From: an uncultured Opitutales bacterium
GTDB taxonomy: Bacteria > Verrucomicrobiota > Verrucomicrobiia > Opitutales > UBA9783
Direction of reading: 5' to 3'
Assembly: GCA_964508215.1 (NCBI GenBank)
Contig: CAZDSI010000014.1
Span: 3,673 to 9,654, forward strand
Length of the DNA: 5,982 nucleotides
Below the pieces are notes generated by a model. It did not search any database. It had not been told where the DNA came from and saw nothing but the letters and a program-made list of their open reading frames with translations. How positions within the stretch are numbered: the stretch's first letter is position 1; each line of letters begins with the position of its first letter. Positions 1 through 4,062 of this stretch are shown here, piece by piece. A program made the translations under genes and the position numbers.

Positions 1-303
1 GCCATATACCGATCGAGTTTAGCGAAGGCGACACACTCGGGAATTTTTTATTCACTCTAAAAAATCCAAATACAACACCGAATTTGAGGCTTCTACACAG
101 CTATACGGCTACGTTTTTGGATGTTCCTTTGATGTTTGCGCTATATGTAAAATCCCCACAATATACGGGCACCATTTTAAACGTACAAATTTTGGGCACG
201 TTTTTTCAGATTTGTTGAGTAAGGTTACAATAAGAACGTTTTTATATAACAATTTCGATATTATCTAGAAATTTTCCCTTCCTAATCAACCTCGAATATT
301 TTT

Positions 304-364
304 TAGGCTTCTTATTATTTCGGACCCTTTAAAAATTCACGATCTTTTTTAAAAACTAGGCTTC
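304..364 (+). repeat. Direct repeat of the octamer TAGGCTTC (304-311 and 357-364) flanking an AT-only inverted repeat (TTTAAAAA 328-335 / TTTTTAAA 346-353). A third AGGCTTC lies at 87-93. Possible regulator binding sites in the operon leader.
   Basis: Read directly from the sequence. The two octamers are 53 nt apart start to start, and the G/C-containing heptamer AGGCTTC occurs three times within about 280 nt of non-coding DNA. Function unknown. Confidence 0.3.
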
Positions 365-429
365 AAAATAAACCACTCTCACATGTGCTTCACTGAATAC
401 AAAGAAAAGTGCTATGTCTAATCCGCCTT

Positions 430-458
430 TTGACACCGATTTACCGATTATTTAAAAT
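430..458 (+). promoter_or_regulatory. Sigma-70-type promoter candidate for the fliA-motAB operon
   Basis: Perfect -35 hexamer TTGACA (430-435), 17-nt spacer (436-452), and -10 TAAAAT (453-458, 5/6 match to TATAAT), 11 nt before the first ATG of the operon. -10-like hexamers are common in AT-rich DNA, so this is a prediction only. Confidence 0.45.
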
Positions 459-469
459 CGGAACAAAAT

Positions 470-745
470 ATGCTACCTTTAATAAAATCGATGAGCGAAA
501 CCGTTAAAAAATATTTTTTGGTACTCGGTGGTTTTTTTGTTTTTTTATTAACACTGGTAACTGGCTTAGTGGTTAAGAATGAAATGATTGTTGTATTACA
601 AAACGCTGTTGTCGGATGTATTATCGGTGGCCTTTTAGCAAAAGTATTACAGTATATCATTGAAATTCATCTTGAAACAATAAGAAAACAAACCTTTGGA
701 AAAGAAGTTTCCCTTGATAAGGAAGGCTCAAAAGAAACCCATTAA
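470..745 (+). CDS. Small predicted two-pass membrane protein (91 aa), first gene of the fliA operon, family not recognised
   Basis: ORF with ATG at 470 (only a weak GGA at 460-462 upstream; alternative ATG at 491). It has two clean hydrophobic segments (YFLVLGGFFVFLLTLVTGLVV and IVVLQNAVVGCIIGGLLAKVLQYII) and a charged C-terminal tail. The stop TAA at 743-745 is 9 nt before the fliA ATG on the same strand. Confidence 0.55.
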   Translation: MLPLIKSMSETVKKYFLVLGGFFVFLLTLVTGLVVKNEMIVVLQNAVVGCIIGGLLAKVLQYIIEIHLETIRKQTFGKEVSLDKEGSKETH

Positions 746-754
746 ATAAATTAA

Positions 755-1555
755 ATGACTCTCAACGCAACAGTTACTTACTGTAAGCCAACCGAAGGCA
801 CATTAAAAGAAACCTATAAGGTAGATCATCCCGTAAAGGAACCAAATTGGGACTTAGTAAAGCAATATTTACCTTTGTTAAAATCTATTGTTGGAAGAAT
901 GGCTCTTCATTTTCCATCGAATTATTCTCGTGACGATATGTACGGGGTAGGATTAAGCGGGCTGATCGCCGCTGCACAGAATTTTGATCCCCATTGTAAC
1001 GATTCTTTTGTAGCGTATGCGGCTATTCGAATTCGTGGTAACTTGCTCGACGAACTTCGTAGGATTGATTGGTTACCACGTTCGGCAAGATTAAGGGTGA
1101 AATTATTTCGTCAAGCCGTCAGTGACCTAGAACAAACGCTAAAGCGTCCAGCGACAGAACAGGAAATATGTCAAAAATTACAAATTGATCTTGAAAGTTA
1201 TAAAAAATTACAAAATTTGTCACAGCCAATAGTTTTTTTGCCCCTTGATATCGGCTGTTCTGTAGATGGCGATGGAAACGATGAGAATCATTCGCTACAA
1301 GAAATACTTGCCGACTTAACCGAATCAAACAGTCGTGAAATTCTCGAAAAAGAAGAACTCATTGTTTTGATCAAGGAAAAATTAAAGGAACTTCCAAAAC
1401 CAACCCAAAAGCTTTTAGCCTTATACTATTTAGAGGATTTTCGCTTATCCGAAATTGCCAAAGTTTTTGGTGTTACAGAATCGCGTATCTGCCAAATTCA
1501 CACCGAAGCTATCAACCGACTAAGGAAAAAAATTATCGCCGAATTAAAACATTAG
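755..1555 (+). CDS. fliA: Flagellar RNA polymerase sigma factor sigma-28 (FliA/WhiG/SigD family), 266 aa
   Basis: The translation shows sigma-70-family region 2 (DDMYGVGLSGLIAAAQNFDP...FVAYAAIRIRGNLLDELRRIDWLPRSARL, closely parallel to E. coli FliA ...AVQRIRGAMLDELRSRDWVPRSVRR). It also shows a region 3 segment and a region 4.2 HTH (LSEIAKVFGVTESRICQIHTEAINRLRKK). Size and the motAB context fit FliA rather than a housekeeping or ECF sigma. Confidence 0.93.
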   Translation: MTLNATVTYCKPTEGTLKETYKVDHPVKEPNWDLVKQYLPLLKSIVGRMALHFPSNYSRDDMYGVGLSGLIAAAQNFDPHCNDSFVAYAAIRIRGNLLDELRRIDWLPRSARLRVKLFRQAVSDLEQTLKRPATEQEICQKLQIDLESYKKLQNLSQPIVFLPLDIGCSVDGDGNDENHSLQEILADLTESNSREILEKEELIVLIKEKLKELPKPTQKLLALYYLEDFRLSEIAKVFGVTESRICQIHTEAINRLRKKIIAELKH

Positions 1556-1557
1556 TT

Positions 1558-2421
1558 ATGTTACTGGTCATAGGTTACATTATTGTTTTGGGTTCAGTAC
1601 TTGGTGGATTTGTATTAGCCGGTGGTAATCCTCTTGTTTTATTGCATGTATCGGAATTTGTGGTTATTGGGGGCGTAGCGTTAGGATTACTTATAATAGC
1701 CAGCTCTAAGGATGTTTTGCTGAAAATTTTAAGCGATATAAAGGGTTGTTTAAAAGGTGGCGCCGCAACAAAAGATGATTTTTTAGACGTAATGAAACTA
1801 CTTTACGAACTTTTTATGACAAGCCGTCGTGGCGGGCTTATTGCTCTGGATAAACACATAAGTGATCCAAACAACAGTAATATTTTTGTGAAATACCCAA
1901 AGCTGTTGGCGCAGAAAGAAATTATTGAGTTTCTTGTCAATGCTTTTAGACCTGTTATTGATGGCAAAGTCAAACCGGAACTTCTTAGCCATATGTTGGA
2001 AGAAGAGATTGATTGCAAGGAGGAAGAAGCCGAACAATCAACAAGTATTTTAAACCTCGTTGGCGATTCCCTTCCGGGAATTGGAATAGTAGCCGCCGTT
2101 TTGGGTATCATTAATACAATGTCTGCCATTGCCGAAGGCCCCGAAAAAGTCGGAGAAAAAGTTGCCGCGGCTTTGACCGGAACTTTTTTAGGTGTTTTAA
2201 GTGCCTACGGTTTTGTTAACCCTTTGGCAAAACGTGTTAGCAATGACCATCGCTTGCATTTTTTATACCTCCGTGTTATGTCAAAAGCAATTTCGGAATT
2301 TTCAAAAGGAGTTGCTCCGCTGATGGCTTTAGAAATGGCGCGTCGTCAGCTGGATAAATCGATTCAGCCCAAGGCAGATGAGCTCGAAGAAATATTAAAA
2401 TCTTCCATAAAAACAAAATAA
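1558..2421 (+). CDS. motA: Flagellar motor stator protein MotA, 287 aa
   Basis: Collinear by eye with E. coli MotA over its full length (MLLVIGYIIVLGSVLGG vs MLILLGYLVVLGTVFGG). The cytoplasmic loop has the conserved Arg (TSRRGG) and an acidic residue (LD), and both conserved prolines are present (GDSLPGIGIVAAVLG and AYGFVNPLA). ATG lies 2 nt after the fliA stop. Confidence 0.95.
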   Translation: MLLVIGYIIVLGSVLGGFVLAGGNPLVLLHVSEFVVIGGVALGLLIIASSKDVLLKILSDIKGCLKGGAATKDDFLDVMKLLYELFMTSRRGGLIALDKHISDPNNSNIFVKYPKLLAQKEIIEFLVNAFRPVIDGKVKPELLSHMLEEEIDCKEEEAEQSTSILNLVGDSLPGIGIVAAVLGIINTMSAIAEGPEKVGEKVAAALTGTFLGVLSAYGFVNPLAKRVSNDHRLHFLYLRVMSKAISEFSKGVAPLMALEMARRQLDKSIQPKADELEEILKSSIKTK

Positions 2422-2422
2422 A

Positions 2423-3157
2423 ATGAGCAAGAAAAAGCATACGGAAGGTCATCATGGTGGCGCCTGGAAAGTTGCGTACGCTGACTTTGTTACAGCGATG
2501 ATGGCTCTCTTTATGGTGCTTTGGATTGTATCTCAAAGAAAAGAGGTCGTTCAAGCGACAGCCGACTATTTTAAAAACCCTATAAAGCCGTTGGCTTCTA
2601 AATTTAACAGTTTTATTACCGACAAAAAGAAAACAAAAGTTGCAGAAGATGGTGAAGAAAAAAATATTGATTTAAAAGAGTTAACACGTTTAGCGGAGGA
2701 AATCTATAAAAACCTTCAAATTCGCGAAAGCGACGAAAATAAGCCTATTGAAATTATTGTTACAGACGAAGGGTTAAAGATATTTATTTACGATTTGACG
2801 ACCAAACCATTTTTTAAAGAAAACTCGAGTACATTGACCGATTGGGGAGACTTTGTCCTCAACACATTGGCCTGGATATTGGATCCAAAACCCTTTGATA
2901 TTGCTATTGACGCTTACCATCCAAAAATCTTCAAAAACTTCAAAGAAGATGAAGAACGCCTAAGACAAGGTTATAAAGAGGGTGCGTTTACGTTTTGGGA
3001 CCTTTGCATTAGTCGCGCACAATTAGTTTATCGTTCGCTCATTTATTACGGCTTTACACTAAAAAAAGTTGAGAAAGTTGCTGGAAGTTTGGACTTGCCC
3101 AAAGAGATTAAACACGATACCCAAGTTATTGAGATTACCCTTGTATTACCAAAATAA
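2423..3157 (+). CDS. motB: Flagellar motor stator protein MotB with a divergent C-terminal OmpA-like domain, 244 aa
   Basis: The N-terminus GGAWKVAYADFVTAMMALFMVLWIVS matches the MotB transmembrane helix, including the essential proton-binding Asp (codon 21, nt 2483-2485), and a plug-like ADYFKNP segment follows. The C-terminal half aligns to the OmpA-like fold (FWDLCISRA vs NWELSADRA) but with degenerate signature motifs. ATG lies 1 nt after the motA stop. Confidence 0.88.
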   Translation: MSKKKHTEGHHGGAWKVAYADFVTAMMALFMVLWIVSQRKEVVQATADYFKNPIKPLASKFNSFITDKKKTKVAEDGEEKNIDLKELTRLAEEIYKNLQIRESDENKPIEIIVTDEGLKIFIYDLTTKPFFKENSSTLTDWGDFVLNTLAWILDPKPFDIAIDAYHPKIFKNFKEDEERLRQGYKEGAFTFWDLCISRAQLVYRSLIYYGFTLKKVEKVAGSLDLPKEIKHDTQVIEITLVLPK

Positions 3158-3163
3158 AAGCCA

Positions 3164-3442
3164 ATGGATGATTTTTTCCAGAACCTACCAAAGCTCCAAA
3201 GAAACGGAGAAATTCTTGGAGTCACTGAGTGCTCAAAACAGTTAGTGGGGCAAAATAAGGTTGCTTTAGAAAAATTTGGCGAGGAAAAAACGGCTTTGGT
3301 TCCAACCGAATCGGATGATGGCCAAACAACGGTCGAACTTATCCAAGAAAATGGTGTTGTGAAAAAAATTGTCATCCGATGCGATTGCGGACGAGAAATT
3401 GTTCTGGAATGCCGTTATGGTTCCTTAACAAAGGTGAATTGA
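3164..3442 (+). CDS. Hypothetical acidic 92-aa protein, last gene of the operon, family not recognised
   Basis: The only Met is the start, 6 nt after the motB stop on the same strand. No TM segment or signal peptide is apparent. The C-terminal third, TTVELIQENGVVKKIVIRCDCGREIVLECRY, has an alternating beta-strand-like pattern with CxCG-x7-C. Coding status rests on ORF length, operon packing and composition only. Confidence 0.6.
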   Translation: MDDFFQNLPKLQRNGEILGVTECSKQLVGQNKVALEKFGEEKTALVPTESDDGQTTVELIQENGVVKKIVIRCDCGREIVLECRYGSLTKVN

Positions 3443-3750
3443 ATAACATGTTTTATTCGCTACCACTATTTTTAAACTAAAAAATTTTTTCTCTTTAAAT
3501 TATTCTCACCCTTTTACTTCAAGGTTTTTCTTTATTTCTTCAAGCCTCTTAAAAGCTTTTTCAATCGGTTATTGCTTTAAGAATTGCAAAGAATGAACAT
3601 TTTTCTTTTAGGGCCTGAATTGGTAAAAGTTTAGGACAATGAAGGTTTAATTTTATTCTCTTATTTAGTGATAAGTAAAGCTGTAGTATTATCTATTCTA
3701 GCCCTACAATTCATTCGCGAAGGAGCACGTAAAACAACGAAAAAATCCTT

Positions 3751-3969
3751 TTAATGATACCATTTAAAACATGCAACACTTTTGTCAATACCTCTTATAA
3801 TCGAGCTCATAGGTTGCAAATAACCTTGTGCATAAAATCGTAGAAAGCGATTTGTATGTATTATTAAAATCCTGGTAACACTTTTAAAAACTTCACTTAA
3901 TGCAAAAATCTTGCCGGATGGAAATTCCCTCAATACTTTACATAAAAGTTTATAGACTTGTGATTTCAT
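3751..3969 (-). CDS. Hypothetical basic 72-aa protein downstream of mutL, with tentative weak resemblance to four-helix-bundle (23S rRNA intervening-sequence protein) family members
   Basis: ATG at 3969-3967 is preceded on the minus strand by GGGGAGGGA (GGAGG at 3983-3979, 9 nt spacer), the strongest SD in the window. The segment YKLLCKVLREFPSGKIFALSEVFKSVTRI loosely recalls the YKLTxxFPKEExYGLxSQxxRAAxSI pattern of that family, but the ORF is much shorter than typical members. Confidence 0.4.
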   Translation of the reverse strand: MKSQVYKLLCKVLREFPSGKIFALSEVFKSVTRILIIHTNRFLRFYAQGYLQPMSSIIRGIDKSVACFKWYH

Positions 3970-4062
3970 AAATCGTTCCCTCCCCTCTGGTTTTTATAAT
4001 TGAGGATCTCGCCTTATGGGCAATAATTTTAACAGCACAAGAATCAAACAATATTCCTACTA

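Noticed and set aside
1-60. Possible 3' end of a plus-strand gene (frame 1 open to TAA at 58-60), or a GTG-initiated minus-strand gene start near 54 (MNKKFPSVSP...)
   Set aside because: Only about 19 codons are visible and no motif is recognisable. Either reading could arise by chance. It cannot be supported from this window.
194-209. Sigma-54 promoter reading of GGGCACGTTTTTTCA
   Set aside because: The -24 half (GGCACG) is good, but the -12 position reads TTCA instead of TTGC, so it lacks the essential GC. It is also about 260 nt from the first gene. It is kept only as part of the repeated-motif observation.
132-215. 27-codon plus-strand micro-ORF (MFALYVKSPQYTGTILNVQILGTFFQIC) in the operon leader
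   Set aside because: It has no ribosome-binding site and no recognisable features, and ORFs this short are expected by chance.
1521-1545. Sigma-28-like promoter just before motA (TAAGGAAA ... GCCGAATT)
   Set aside because: The -10 matches GCCGATAA only in its first five bases. The -35-like TAAG is imperfect, and the spacing is about 2 nt too short relative to TAAA-N15-GCCGATAA. The start site would fall only a few nt before the motA ATG.
1803-2129. 108-aa and 79-aa antisense ORFs inside motA (1803-2129, 1798-2037), and similar ones inside the small TM gene (448-660), fliA (1119-1328) and the motA-motB junction (2276-2554)
   Set aside because: All lie entirely opposite confidently identified conserved genes, have no RBS or family resemblance, and are typical shadow ORFs.
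1558-3157. Alternative identity of the MotA/MotB pair as ExbBD/TolQR, a gliding-motor stator or a Zorya-type (ZorAB) defence module
   Set aside because: The MotA homologue has the flagellar four-TM layout with the large charged cytoplasmic loop and both conserved prolines. It is collinear with E. coli MotA, lacks the long C-terminal tail of ZorA, and is co-encoded with sigma-28. No ZorC/D-like or TonB/TolA-like genes are adjacent.
3046-3375. 109-aa antisense ORF overlapping the motB 3' end and the 92-aa ORF
   Set aside because: It would overlap motB by more than 100 nt on the opposite strand. The plus-strand ORF is tightly packed in the operon. The antisense translation is low-complexity, S/F/T-rich, with no recognisable motif. 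It is most likely a shadow ORF.
3164-3442. Assigning the 92-aa protein as FlgM (anti-sigma-28) or FlbD
   Set aside because: There is no FlgM-like C-terminal amphipathic sigma-binding helix pattern. The resemblance of KLQRNGEILGV to the FlbD N-terminus (MIKLTRLNGEEF) is a few residues only and is not at the N-terminus. Neither assignment is supportable.
3720-3725. Strong plus-strand SD-like AAGGAG in the spacer
   Set aside because: No ATG, GTG or TTG lies within a functional distance downstream. The next ATG (3754) is about 28 nt away and opens only a four-codon frame (ATG ATA CCA TTT TAA).
3443-4062. Looked for a tRNA, CRISPR repeats, IS terminal inverted repeats or integrase remnants in the gap between the operon and mutL
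   Set aside because: No T-arm-like GGTTCGAATCC-type sequence, no regularly spaced direct repeats, no terminal inverted repeats and no transposase-like frame were seen. Only the 72-aa ORF stands out.
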